DNA of 35,409 bases, taken from NCBI GenBank assembly GCA_964557325.1, contig CAZKZO010000002.1:1-35409 (forward strand), written 5' to 3'. Positions 17,270-25,698 of this stretch are shown here, one piece after another; the first letter of the stretch is position 1; each line of letters begins with the position of its first letter. A program made the position numbers and the translations under genes. The stretch is from Candidatus Woesearchaeota archaeon (GTDB lineage: Archaea; Nanobdellota; Nanobdellia; Pacearchaeales; GW2011-AR1). The notes beneath the pieces are model-generated. The model was not told the DNA's origin and made no database searches. It saw nothing but the letters and a program-made list of their open reading frames with translations.

Positions 17270-18619
17270 ATGGTAAGAAAACCAGTAAGAACAATTTCAG
17301 GAGTAACTCCTTTAACAGTTGTTTTAAGGCCACGGAAATGTGATCATGGGACTTGTATTTATTGTCCTGGTGGAGAGCATGTTCCTCAAAGTTATACAGA
17401 CAAAAGTCCTGCTGTTATGAGGGGTTTAAGACTTGGTTTTGACCCTTATGAACAAGTTAAAAATAGACTTTATGTTTTAAATAAAATGGGGCATCCAACA
17501 GATAAAATTGAATTAATTGTGCTTGGAGGAACTTTTTTGCAGTATGATATAGATTATCAATATGATTTTATTAAGAAGTGTTTTGATGCTTTGAATGGCA
17601 AAGAATCAGGAAACCTTGAAGAAGCAAAGAAAATTAATAAAACTGCTAAACATAGGTGTGTTGCTATGTGTATTGAGAATAGGCCTGACAACTGCTCTGA
17701 AACAGAGATTGAAAGAATGCTTGAGTTTGGGGCTACAAGAGTAGAGATTGGAGTTCAGATGCCTGATGATGAGCTTTATAGGAAGACAAATAGAGGACAT
17801 AGTGTTCAAGATGTTGTTGAGGCAACAGAAAGGCTGAAAAATGCTGGTTTTAAGTTAGGATATCATATAATGCCTGGTTTGCCTTATAGTAATATAGAAA
17901 AAGATATTAATATGTTTAAGCAGATTTTTGAAGATTCAAGATTTAGACCAGATCAATTAAAGATTTATCCTTGTCAAATTATGAAAGATTCTCCTTTGGA
18001 AAAAACACATAAAATTATTGGTTATAAGCCGTATGATAAGTATCAAACTAAAAAAATAATTAAAGAAATGATGAAAATTATTCCAGAGTATTGCAGGGTT
18101 ATGAGAGTTATTAGAGAGTTTCCTAAGGAAAAGCTTGTAAAAGGATTGATTAGGATTGATTTGAGAAAAGATATTGAGTCAGAATTGAAAAAAGAAGGTG
18201 TTAGGGTAAATGAGATTAGGATGAGAGAAGTAGGTTTTAATTTAGAGGATTTAAATCAAGACTTGAGATTAAGGGTTTTAGAGTATAATGCTTCCAATGG
18301 AAAAGAGTTTTTTATGCAGATTATTAATCAAGATAATATTCTTTTTGCGCTTTTAAGATTAAGGCTTACAAGTAAAAGAGCAATGGTTCGTGAATTGCAT
18401 GTTTATGGAAAGGCAATAAAATTAGGTAAGAAATCAGGAAAAGCATCTCAACATAAAGGATTAGGTAGGTGGTTAATGGAAAAAGCAGAAGAGATTGCTA
18501 AAGAAAATAACCATAAAAAACTATGTGTAATTTCAGGCGTAGGTGTAAGAGAGTATTATAAAAAATTAGGATATAAATTAGATAAGCAGAGAATATATAT
18601 GGTTAAGGAAAACATATAA
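17270..18619 (+). CDS. elp3: Elp3-type radical SAM / GNAT acetyltransferase (tRNA U34 cm5 modification enzyme homologue)
   Basis: N-terminal KPVRTISGVTPLTVVLRPRKCDHGTCIYCPGG carries the radical-SAM Cys cluster typical of archaeal Elp3. The C-terminal GNAT segment is RELHVYGKA...QHKGLGRWLMEKAEEIA. Confidence 0.85.
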   Translation: MVRKPVRTISGVTPLTVVLRPRKCDHGTCIYCPGGEHVPQSYTDKSPAVMRGLRLGFDPYEQVKNRLYVLNKMGHPTDKIELIVLGGTFLQYDIDYQYDFIKKCFDALNGKESGNLEEAKKINKTAKHRCVAMCIENRPDNCSETEIERMLEFGATRVEIGVQMPDDELYRKTNRGHSVQDVVEATERLKNAGFKLGYHIMPGLPYSNIEKDINMFKQIFEDSRFRPDQLKIYPCQIMKDSPLEKTHKIIGYKPYDKYQTKKIIKEMMKIIPEYCRVMRVIREFPKEKLVKGLIRIDLRKDIESELKKEGVRVNEIRMREVGFNLEDLNQDLRLRVLEYNASNGKEFFMQIINQDNILFALLRLRLTSKRAMVRELHVYGKAIKLGKKSGKASQHKGLGRWLMEKAEEIAKENNHKKLCVISGVGVREYYKKLGYKLDKQRIYMVKENI

Positions 18620-18675
18620 GTAAAACACATGTTTTATATAGGTAAAACATATATATGGTTAGAGAAAACATATAA
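18593..18675. repeat. degenerate tandem repeats at and after the elp3 stop
   Basis: atatatatggttaaggaaaacatataa (18593-18619) recurs as atatatatggttagagaaaacatataa (18649-18675). aaaacatata occurs three times between 18609 and 18675, plus a variant aaaacacatg. Confidence 0.6.
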
Positions 18676-18837
18676 ACAAAGTATATATTTTTATCTTTAA
18701 GATTTTTATAATTTTTCTATGTTTTTAGTGATTTTTGCAAATTTTTAGGGAAAAGTATTTAAATTAAAGGGTTTGTATTTTATCGAACTTAAATCCAATC
18801 ACTATTTTTGGATAAAAACACAAGGTTTTTAAGTAAA

Positions 18838-19803
18838 ATGGGAAAGACAAATAATATGCAATATGGAGAGAAAAATAACTTGAAAATAGCAATGCTACAT
18901 CATGATATTGAACCTCCAGAAGAGAAATTTAAAGAAATATTTGAAAAAAAAGAATGTTTAATTGAACTTTTTGATATAAGAAATGTAGTTTTGGAAGAAT
19001 TAAAAAATTATGATATTATAATAAATAGAGTATATAGTAGTGTGGCTTCAAGAGATTATGGTATACTTAAAAAAATACTTGGTTTACTTAAAAGATTAGA
19101 GAGTTCTGGAAAGATTTGTATAAATTCTTATATGGCTTCAAAAGCAGATTATAGTAAATATGAATTATTTAAAAAATTGTCAAAACACAATATTTTGACA
19201 CCTTTTACGTTATTTGTAAATTCTTCTGAAAATATTGAAAAAATTTCTTTTTTAGCTTCAAAAAAAATAGGTTTTCCTTTAGTTATTAAGAGAGATTGTG
19301 GGGGCAAAAGTTATGATATAGATAAGGTTAATACAATCAAGGAATTAAAAGATTCTTTAAAAAATAAATTTAAGGTTGCCAATGAACAAGGATATGAAGG
19401 AGGCTTTATTTTACAAGAATTCATGCAACCCTTAAGGGAACATGATTGTAGGATAGGTGTTGTAGAAGGAAATTTTGTTTTTTCTTATGCCAGAAGTTTT
19501 GTATCTAGAAATTCAAAAGATAAATGGATAGCTTCTACTTCAGGAGGTTCTGTAGAATTTGATTATTCTGCAACTAATGAGGAAAAAAATATGGCAATAA
19601 AAGCTAATTTGGCTTTGAATGCTTCTTTTAGTGAGTCAGATATTATTTTAACAAATAAAGGGCCTTGTATTATTGAAGTTAATATATCTCCTAGTTATTT
19701 TATTGATAGTATTGATGATATTCAAAGAATGGAAATAATTGCAGATAATCTTATAAATAGATATTCAAAATATAAGAAAATTAAATTACCTGTAAAAAAT
19801 TAA
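18838..19803 (+). CDS. ATP-grasp ligase, RimK-like
   Basis: GFPLVIKRDCGGKSYDIDKV, ILQEFMQP, DCRIGVVEGNFVFSYAR and IIEVNISP follow the ATP-grasp (RimK / alpha-L-glutamate ligase) layout. The ORF track starts at TTG 18808; the first ATG is 18838, so the start is uncertain. Confidence 0.65.
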   Translation: MGKTNNMQYGEKNNLKIAMLHHDIEPPEEKFKEIFEKKECLIELFDIRNVVLEELKNYDIIINRVYSSVASRDYGILKKILGLLKRLESSGKICINSYMASKADYSKYELFKKLSKHNILTPFTLFVNSSENIEKISFLASKKIGFPLVIKRDCGGKSYDIDKVNTIKELKDSLKNKFKVANEQGYEGGFILQEFMQPLREHDCRIGVVEGNFVFSYARSFVSRNSKDKWIASTSGGSVEFDYSATNEEKNMAIKANLALNASFSESDIILTNKGPCIIEVNISPSYFIDSIDDIQRMEIIADNLINRYSKYKKIKLPVKN

Positions 19804-19804
19804 A

Positions 19805-20737
19805 ATGGATGTTTTTTTGAGTTTAAGTAGTGAAGCAAGAAGTGTTTATAAAGGCGATTTAATGGAAGAGGGATTAGGTTATATGTCTTCTAGATTTTTA
19901 GCAAGCACATTTGCAAGCAAGGGACATAATTTAAGGGTTGTTCATCCTGGGGATGTTTATGATAGAAATGGAGAAATTTTTTCAAAATCAACATATAGTT
20001 TTAAAAATAATATCTTTAGGCTTGAAGAAAAAGACCTACCTTTATATGGAGATGTTTTTTTTGTGTATGGTTTAGGGGAAGAAACCACTCCTGAAATTTC
20101 AAAAGGATTTTTAGATTTATTGTATCCTTTGGAAAAACAAGTAAAATTAATGTTAAACAGTGCAGAAGCTACTTCTTATGAATTCAAACCTAAACAAAAA
20201 ACTCTGGATTTACCTTGGATCTATGATTTTAATGTTAGTTCAAGAAAAGATTTAGTTGATTTATTAAGAGAAGGGGAAAAAATTATTGCAAAGCCAAATA
20301 TAGGTGCTGCTGGACAAGGTATAACTTCTTTATTAGTGCCTGACGATGTAATTAAAATCCCTGAAGAAAATTTAGGAAATTATCTTTTTGAAAGGTTTGT
20401 TCCTGCAAGTGAAGAAAGAAGATATATTTTTTTAGATAACAGATTTATTTTGGGAAGAAAGACTCTTAAGAAAGGGCCTCCAGGAGAAGAAGAAGTTGTA
20501 GGAATAGATTTAATGGAAGGATATGCTAATGAAATTGAAATAGCAAGAAATGCTTTAGGAAAAACAGGAATGTTTTTTTGTGCTATTGATTTTAGAGGAG
20601 ACAATCTTTTGGAAATTAACGGTTCTGGAACAGGAATAGCTCCACCAACTGTAAAAAATGAAATGGACTCGTATAATTTATCTTCTCCAATTGTCAGGGC
20701 TGTTGAAAGAAAATTTATATTAGAAAATGAAAAATAA
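19805..20737 (+). CDS. ATP-grasp ligase, glutathione-synthetase-like
   Basis: IIAKPNIGAAGQGITSL, FERFVP...ERRYIFLDNRFILGRK and FCAIDFRGDNLLEINGSGTGI resemble the prokaryotic GshB-type ATP-grasp fold. It starts 1 nt after the previous stop. Confidence 0.55.
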   Translation: MDVFLSLSSEARSVYKGDLMEEGLGYMSSRFLASTFASKGHNLRVVHPGDVYDRNGEIFSKSTYSFKNNIFRLEEKDLPLYGDVFFVYGLGEETTPEISKGFLDLLYPLEKQVKLMLNSAEATSYEFKPKQKTLDLPWIYDFNVSSRKDLVDLLREGEKIIAKPNIGAAGQGITSLLVPDDVIKIPEENLGNYLFERFVPASEERRYIFLDNRFILGRKTLKKGPPGEEEVVGIDLMEGYANEIEIARNALGKTGMFFCAIDFRGDNLLEINGSGTGIAPPTVKNEMDSYNLSSPIVRAVERKFILENEK

Positions 20738-21584
20738 AGGAATATTTTTAATAGCTCCTTCAGGAAACATAGATAAAAAATCTTTAGAAATTTCTAAAAA
20801 AAGATCTAAAAAATTAGGTTTTAGTTTGATTAATTATAGAAAAGATATATTAAGTAATCATTTTGATTATGCAGGGGATTATAAAAGAAGGTCTAAAGAA
20901 ATTAATGAAGCATATGACTCAATAAATTATTCTATTATTGTTTCTGTTAAAGGAGGTATGGGTGCTTTACAAATTTTACCTTATTTGAATTATAGGAAAA
21001 TAAAAAAATCTAACAAAATACTAATTGGTTCTAGTGATATAACTATCCTTTTAAATGCAATCAATAAAAAAACAGGTTCTCGTTGTCTTCACGGGCCTAA
21101 TTTAGGAAATAAAGATAAATTTGATAATAAAACCTATAATTCTCTTTTAGATGCAATAAATAAAAAAGATTATGCGATTTCAATCAAAAAGAAAAATATC
21201 CTTGTTAAAGGGACTGCTAAGGGTTCTATTGTTGGGGGAAATCTTGAGTTAGTAGGTAGGTCTTTAGGAACTTCTTTTGAGATTGATACACAAAATAAAA
21301 TACTTTTTTTAGAAGATTATGAAATGAAATCATGGAGGGTTTATGATATATTATGGCAACTTAAATTATCTGGTAAATTTGAAAAAGTAAGAGCTGTTAT
21401 TTTAGGTTATTTTACAGAATGTGGTAAAAATATAGATTCTTATTTAAATGATTTTTTTAAAGATTTTAAATGTCCTGTAATCATGCATCAACCTTTTGGA
21501 CACGAACAACCTAATATTACATTTCCTATTGGAGAAAAATGTATACTTGATACTGAAAAAGGATTTTGGAAGGTTAAATTTTAA
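20727..21584 (+). CDS. S66-family peptidase (LD-carboxypeptidase / MccF-like)
   Basis: The nucleophile motif GSSDITILLNAI, then HGPN, FLEDYEM and FGHEQPNITFPIG match the Ser-Glu-His arrangement of peptidase family S66. It overlaps the upstream ATP-grasp gene by 11 nt. Confidence 0.75.
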   Translation: MKNKGIFLIAPSGNIDKKSLEISKKRSKKLGFSLINYRKDILSNHFDYAGDYKRRSKEINEAYDSINYSIIVSVKGGMGALQILPYLNYRKIKKSNKILIGSSDITILLNAINKKTGSRCLHGPNLGNKDKFDNKTYNSLLDAINKKDYAISIKKKNILVKGTAKGSIVGGNLELVGRSLGTSFEIDTQNKILFLEDYEMKSWRVYDILWQLKLSGKFEKVRAVILGYFTECGKNIDSYLNDFFKDFKCPVIMHQPFGHEQPNITFPIGEKCILDTEKGFWKVKF

Positions 21585-21968
21585 TTAATGCTCTTCTGCA
21601 TGTGCTTTATCTGCTTCTGATTTTGTTTTGTGTATTGTTTTTGGAGCATGTTCAGGGTTTGCGTATATTGAATAAAGTTTAAGTTCTTCTGATTTTGATG
21701 TGTTTATAATTCTATGGGGTTTTCCAGAAGGAACAATAATTACATCATCATCTTTTAAATCAAAGTTTTCTTCTCCAATATATGCTTTAGCTTGTCCAGA
21801 TTCAATTCTTATGAATTGGTCAATGTCTTTATGTGTTTCTTTTGGAATTTCTTCTCCTGGTTTAAGAGACATTAAAACTAATTGTATTTTTTCACCTGTA
21901 AATATAACTTTTCTATAATTTGTGTTCTCAAGTGTGTCTTTTTCAATGTTTGTTTTAAATGCTTTCAT
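21585..21968 (-). CDS. cupin-domain protein
   Basis: 127 aa. ETHKDIDQFIRIESGQAKAYIGEE...VIIVPSGKPHRIINTS fits the two-motif cupin pattern (H..H...E / P.G..H). Confidence 0.7.
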   Translation of the reverse strand: MKAFKTNIEKDTLENTNYRKVIFTGEKIQLVLMSLKPGEEIPKETHKDIDQFIRIESGQAKAYIGEENFDLKDDDVIIVPSGKPHRIINTSKSEELKLYSIYANPEHAPKTIHKTKSEADKAHAEEH

Positions 21969-22027
21969 ATAAAACAGTAATTTTAGTAAGTTTATAAGGT
22001 TTTATAATGATTTTAGAATAAAAACTC

Positions 22028-22214
22028 TTATCTGAATTTTGCATGAATTTTCTTAAGAATTAGATTTTTTGCAATATTTATTCTTTGTTTTAATTTGTTT
22101 TCACTTAAATCAGTTCCAAGATATCTTTTGAATTTATGAACTTTTTCCCTTATTTTTAAGAATGTTCAAGATAGTATTTTGTCTTTTTCCTACTTTTCTT
22201 TTTTCTAGATTCAT
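22028..22214 (-). pseudogene. frameshifted small wHTH-like regulator
   Basis: The minus strand reads MNLEKRKVGKRQNTILNILKNKGKSS* (22134..22214). The +1 frame continues EKVHKFKRYLGTDLSENKLKQRINIAKNLILKKIHAKFR* down to 22028. The frame break lies in the GGGAAAAAG homopolymer region (22141-22149). Confidence 0.45.
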
Positions 22215-22225
22215 AATAATGTATA

Positions 22226-22288
22226 GGTGTCTACATCATTTAAATTTTTTGTTTTGGGTGTCTACATTTTGGGTTTTTTGTAGTCACC
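22226..22288. promoter_or_regulatory. operator-like repeats upstream of the frameshifted wHTH gene
   Basis: ggtgtctacat occurs at 22226-22236 and 22257-22267 (31-bp period). A related inverted copy is at 22278-22288 (ttgtagtcacc = reverse complement of ggtgactacaa). Confidence 0.45.
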
Positions 22289-22395
22289 TTTTTGTGCTAT
22301 ATAAAGTGTGTTTAGAGTGCTTGTTTCGAATAAAATATAATAAAAATAAAAAGAAATATAAATATTTATAAAATAAAAAAAATTATTTAGAAATA

Positions 22396-22692
22396 TCAGA
22401 ATCTTCTGTTATCTCTTCTTGAATTTCTGTTGAAATTCCTTTTGGGTCTGTCTTCTTTTGGTCTTGCTTCATTAACTTTCAATTTTCTTCCTTCAACTTC
22501 TTTTTCATTCAATTCTGAAATTGCTTTTTTTGCAGATTCATCATCTGAAATCACTACAAAGCCAAAACCTTTTGACCTTCCTGAAAACTTATCTTTTATA
22601 AGAGTGGCTTCTTCAACTTCATAATTTGAAAAAAGAGCTTTAAATGCTTCTTCATCCAAGCTAAAAGGTAAATTACCTACATATAACTTCAT
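22396..22692 (-). CDS. RRM-type RNA-binding protein with Arg-rich tail
   Basis: RNP-2 LYVGNL and RNP-1 KGFGFV are at canonical spacing. The C-terminal tail is RPKEDRPKRNFNRNSRRDNRRF. Confidence 0.85.
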   Translation of the reverse strand: MKLYVGNLPFSLDEEAFKALFSNYEVEEATLIKDKFSGRSKGFGFVVISDDESAKKAISELNEKEVEGRKLKVNEARPKEDRPKRNFNRNSRRDNRRF

Positions 22693-22820
22693 TTTTTCCT
22701 CCTTGCATTTCTATCCATACACAAAGTTACAAATTAAGGTTTTTAAATGTATCAGAAAGATATTTTGAATATGTTTGGCTCAAATTAATCTATTTAAAAA
22801 TGATGTTTAAGTTGTATTGG

Positions 22821-23161
22821 TTAGTGGTTTTTCAAGCTGACAATCTTTTTTTTCAAGCCAGGCAAATCTTTTTCAATAATATTCCAAATTCTATCTAAAT
22901 TTACTCCAAAATAAGCATGAATTAACACATCTCTAAATTCTGAAATACTTTTCCAAGGAATATCTGGAAACTTTTTTGTAAATGAATTTGGAAGATTTTT
23001 AACAGCTTCTCCTATGACTTCTAATTTTCTAATTGTGGCATCAATAATATCTTTATTTTCTTTAAATTTAATTTTGGAAAGTTTTTTTTTGATTTTTCAA
23101 TTAAATTTATGTTTTCTAATATATCATCTATAAATAAATTTATGTTTCTTTTAATTTTAAA
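22821..23161 (-). pseudogene. HepT (DUF86) toxin remnant, frameshifted and lacking a canonical start
   Basis: The C-terminal frame reads ...IIDATIRKLEVIGEAVKNLPNSFTKKFPDIPWKSISEFRDVLIHAYFGVNLDRIWNIIEKDLPGLKKKIVSLKNH*, which contains the R-x(4)-H-x-Y HepT motif. The N-terminal part (NINLFIDDILENINLIEKSKK) is in another frame. The break is at the T9 run 23082-23090. There is no ATG/GTG/TTG after the upstream in-frame stop. Confidence 0.6.
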
Positions 23162-23171
23162 TCAGCAAAAT

Positions 23172-23480
23172 TTATCTTGCATTCCATTGTAACTCTTTTT
23201 TATTTTTATATTTCTTAACTAATTCTGGATTCCAGACGTAAATTACATAGCCTTGATTATCATATCCTATTTTTCCTATACTTTCTAAATATTCAACTAT
23301 TACTTGAAATGTTTGCCACATTACTTTTTTAGGAAGATTCTTAAACAAATTTGTTTTTTTGTATTCTCCAGAGTTTTTATCTATAAATCTCTCAACCATT
23401 AAAACAGTTTGGAGTGTTGGGCTTCTCGCTATATTATTTAATTCAGCATAATTTTTTTTAATTGTTATTTTTGATTCCAT
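23172..23480 (-). CDS. hypothetical protein, possibly winged-helix
   Basis: 102-aa ORF (…QTFQVIVEYLESIGKIGYDNQGYVIYVWN…). It has no nucleotidyltransferase (MNT) motif, so it is not the cognate HepT antitoxin. Confidence 0.4.
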   Translation of the reverse strand: MESKITIKKNYAELNNIARSPTLQTVLMVERFIDKNSGEYKKTNLFKNLPKKVMWQTFQVIVEYLESIGKIGYDNQGYVIYVWNPELVKKYKNKKELQWNAR

Positions 23481-23587
23481 TTTATTAATAGTATCAAATG
23501 ATATGATTATATAAATTTTTCTATTTGAGTTATCTAACTATATCAATTAATTATAATTTAGAAGAGCATATGAACCTTGAAAAGAAG

Positions 23588-23607
23588 GATATACGCCCCG
23601 ACCGAAC
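23588..23607. repeat. att copy 1 (distal copy of the tRNA-Glu 3' end)
   Basis: gatatacgccccgaccga (23588-23605) is identical to 32942-32959, which overlaps the tRNA-Glu 3' end. acgccccgaccgaac (23593-23607) is identical to 31962-31976. Confidence 0.85.
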
Positions 23608-23620
23608 CGCCCGATAAATT

Positions 23621-23641
23621 GTGGAATTTAGGTGGGCTTTT
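23621..23641. repeat. sub-terminal inverted repeat, left arm
   Basis: gtggaatttaggtgggctttt matches the reverse complement of 31930-31950 (aaaagcccatctaaactctac) at 18 of 21 positions. It lies 14 bp inside att copy 1; the partner lies 12 bp inside att copy 2. Confidence 0.6.
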
Positions 23642-23682
23642 AGTATAATAATCATTAAAAATAAGTTTCTCAAGTTAAAAGT

Positions 23683-25698
23683 ATGGATATTTCGGGGAAA
23701 GTAAGTCTAAAGAGAATTGCCTATTATTTATCTATTAGTTCAATTTTAGTGATTTTTATACCATTTTTAATAAATCCCTCTTTCAATTTGAACAGCTATA
23801 GTATATTCGGAGATTATTTGGGTTTGATTACTGGATTAGCAGGGGTTATAGTGACTATCACTATTTTCTTAATACAAAATGCAAGCAAAGATTATTCTTC
23901 GCAACTTCTACGGATGACTTTCTTTAAAAATAAATATTTCATGTTTGTTTTAGGATATATCTTTTTAGCATTGATATTCTTCACTCTTGGAGCTACTTTT
24001 GAAATTGGAAATCAAGCCAAGATATTTGCATTTTTTGTTAGTGTGGGTTTGGTCTTTAATTTTGTTTCACTTTTGTTAGTCGCTTCATATTTTATGAATA
24101 TTTTAAATATAATAAAAGAAATTGAAATAGAAACAATACATTATATTTATTCTCGTGCTGAAGCAAAAACCTTACCTTTGATTGGTAAAATAAGTTTGAA
24201 CAAAATTTCAGAATCTAAAATAATAAATCAGATTAAACCAATTTTTGATACCCTCAACAAAAGCATTTCTCTGAATCAAGATGATATTTATACCGAATGT
24301 TTAAATTCATTAGATAAAATAATAAGAACCTATCTAAAACACACTAGTTCTTTTAAATCCCTTGAAGATAAAATATTGCTTGAATTGGCAGATCAATCTT
24401 CATTCATAATTAAGACTATGATTAAATATGAAAATCAAAAATTCATGGATAAATTTTCTTTATTCTTAGGGAATATTGGATCCTATATTTTAGAATACAG
24501 ATATAACATAGGTGGAGTTAACAATCATGCCTTATCAATAAGTAATCTGTTGTTTGAAATTTTTCTCAAGTCTTATAATTTTGATAGAACCTCCGCTCCA
24601 AAGTATTCAATCTCGGGCATATCAAAATTAGTTAAAAAATGTATACAAAAAGAATATTATCAATCTGCCCCAATTTATTATCACGAGTTGAAAAAGATAA
24701 TGGATTTGTGTATAAAAACCCCTTCTTTTTGGTCTGCAAATTTGATTCAGTATGCGTTTAATGAAATTAAAGAGGAGATAAATGAGTGTGTCCTTGCAGT
24801 CCAAAATAAAAAGGGTGTTGAATTACACTTTTTAAGAAGCCTCTTTTTAGATATTTTTGAAACTATCAAGAAATCTAGCCAAAGTTTTTCAGCAACACAT
24901 TATGATATGATTCTAAACTCAATGTTTAATCTAGAATCCGTCTTTGTTAAGATATCTAAAGTTCATCCACAATTACCCGTCTACAAAAAAGTTCCTGATA
25001 GCATTCTAAATCCTCTATTAGACAATTATGTAGATCTTTGTAAGAAAATACTAGAAGAAAATAATATTGATATTAGATTTATGTTTTTCTATTGCTTTCC
25101 CGAATTAATATTCTTAACTAAATATATCCAAAAGGCAGATGATAGGTTTAATGTTAAACATGAAGAACTATTTGCTTCCCTATTAAAAAGATTACATTTT
25201 GAATTTGAAAATGAGAAACAAAGTAATCTTGACAATCATTACTTTTATACTATTGAAGATTATTTCTCCATAATGATTTATTCTAAAGATAAAAATCTTT
25301 GTGAAAAACAGCTTTCTTTATTAGTTAAAAAATACAATGAGATTTTAAAGAGTAAAAAAATATCAGAACGTAATAAAAATAGGATTTATGGGTTGCTTAA
25401 AATTATTGGTGCGTTAATGGAAGGCGAAGATGAATTTAAGTCCTGTCAAGAAAGTATAACTAGAATAATCTCTCCTAACTTTAAAGAATACAAGCAGATT
25501 GGTAAGGCGCTACCTTCTTTTTTTGAACAATATGATTATCCTACCTTTAAACATACTTTTGATGACTGGTTTATTTCTCCACTCTCAATTTGGAATCCTG
25601 TTTGGCAAGATCAAATAAACGCATATTTTGATAAAAAATATAAATTTATCAATTACCATAAGAAACTTAAAAAATTACAAAACTCCAAAAAGAATTAA
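23683..25698 (+). CDS. polytopic membrane protein with large helical cytoplasmic domain, hypothetical
   Basis: 671 aa. About 4-5 N-terminal TM helices (residues ~10-140) are followed by about 500 aa of helix-rich sequence. No NTPase or nuclease motif was recognised. Confidence 0.5.
   Translation: MDISGKVSLKRIAYYLSISSILVIFIPFLINPSFNLNSYSIFGDYLGLITGLAGVIVTITIFLIQNASKDYSSQLLRMTFFKNKYFMFVLGYIFLALIFFTLGATFEIGNQAKIFAFFVSVGLVFNFVSLLLVASYFMNILNIIKEIEIETIHYIYSRAEAKTLPLIGKISLNKISESKIINQIKPIFDTLNKSISLNQDDIYTECLNSLDKIIRTYLKHTSSFKSLEDKILLELADQSSFIIKTMIKYENQKFMDKFSLFLGNIGSYILEYRYNIGGVNNHALSISNLLFEIFLKSYNFDRTSAPKYSISGISKLVKKCIQKEYYQSAPIYYHELKKIMDLCIKTPSFWSANLIQYAFNEIKEEINECVLAVQNKKGVELHFLRSLFLDIFETIKKSSQSFSATHYDMILNSMFNLESVFVKISKVHPQLPVYKKVPDSILNPLLDNYVDLCKKILEENNIDIRFMFFYCFPELIFLTKYIQKADDRFNVKHEELFASLLKRLHFEFENEKQSNLDNHYFYTIEDYFSIMIYSKDKNLCEKQLSLLVKKYNEILKSKKISERNKNRIYGLLKIIGALMEGEDEFKSCQESITRIISPNFKEYKQIGKALPSFFEQYDYPTFKHTFDDWFISPLSIWNPVWQDQINAYFDKKYKFINYHKKLKKLQNSKKN

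Noticed and set aside
18593-18675. Degenerate repeats after elp3, considered as a mini CRISPR-like or att-type structure.
   Set aside because: The units are short, imperfect and irregularly spaced. There is no repeat-spacer architecture and no recombinase or cas gene nearby. They are listed only as a simple repeat.
18767-18780. Exact 14-mer aaagggtttgtatt shared between 18767-18780 and 33527-33540, both near ttggataaaa. I considered it as a shared promoter or mobile-element motif.
   Set aside because: A rough estimate for this base composition gives tens of chance 14-mer matches in a 35-kb window counting both strands. The flanks do not align. I treat it as coincidence.
22162-22371. 69-aa + strand ORF in the intergenic region between the cupin and RRM genes.
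   Set aside because: The translation is F/L/C-rich low complexity. It spans the operator-like repeats and the 5' end of the frameshifted wHTH gene on the other strand. It is more likely non-coding.
22028-23587. Possibility that the integrated element extends left of att copy 1 to include the RRM gene and the pseudogenes.
   Set aside because: No further copy of the cgccccgaccga core, or of the sub-terminal inverted repeat, was found left of 23588. The patch is therefore reported separately as a possible older remnant.
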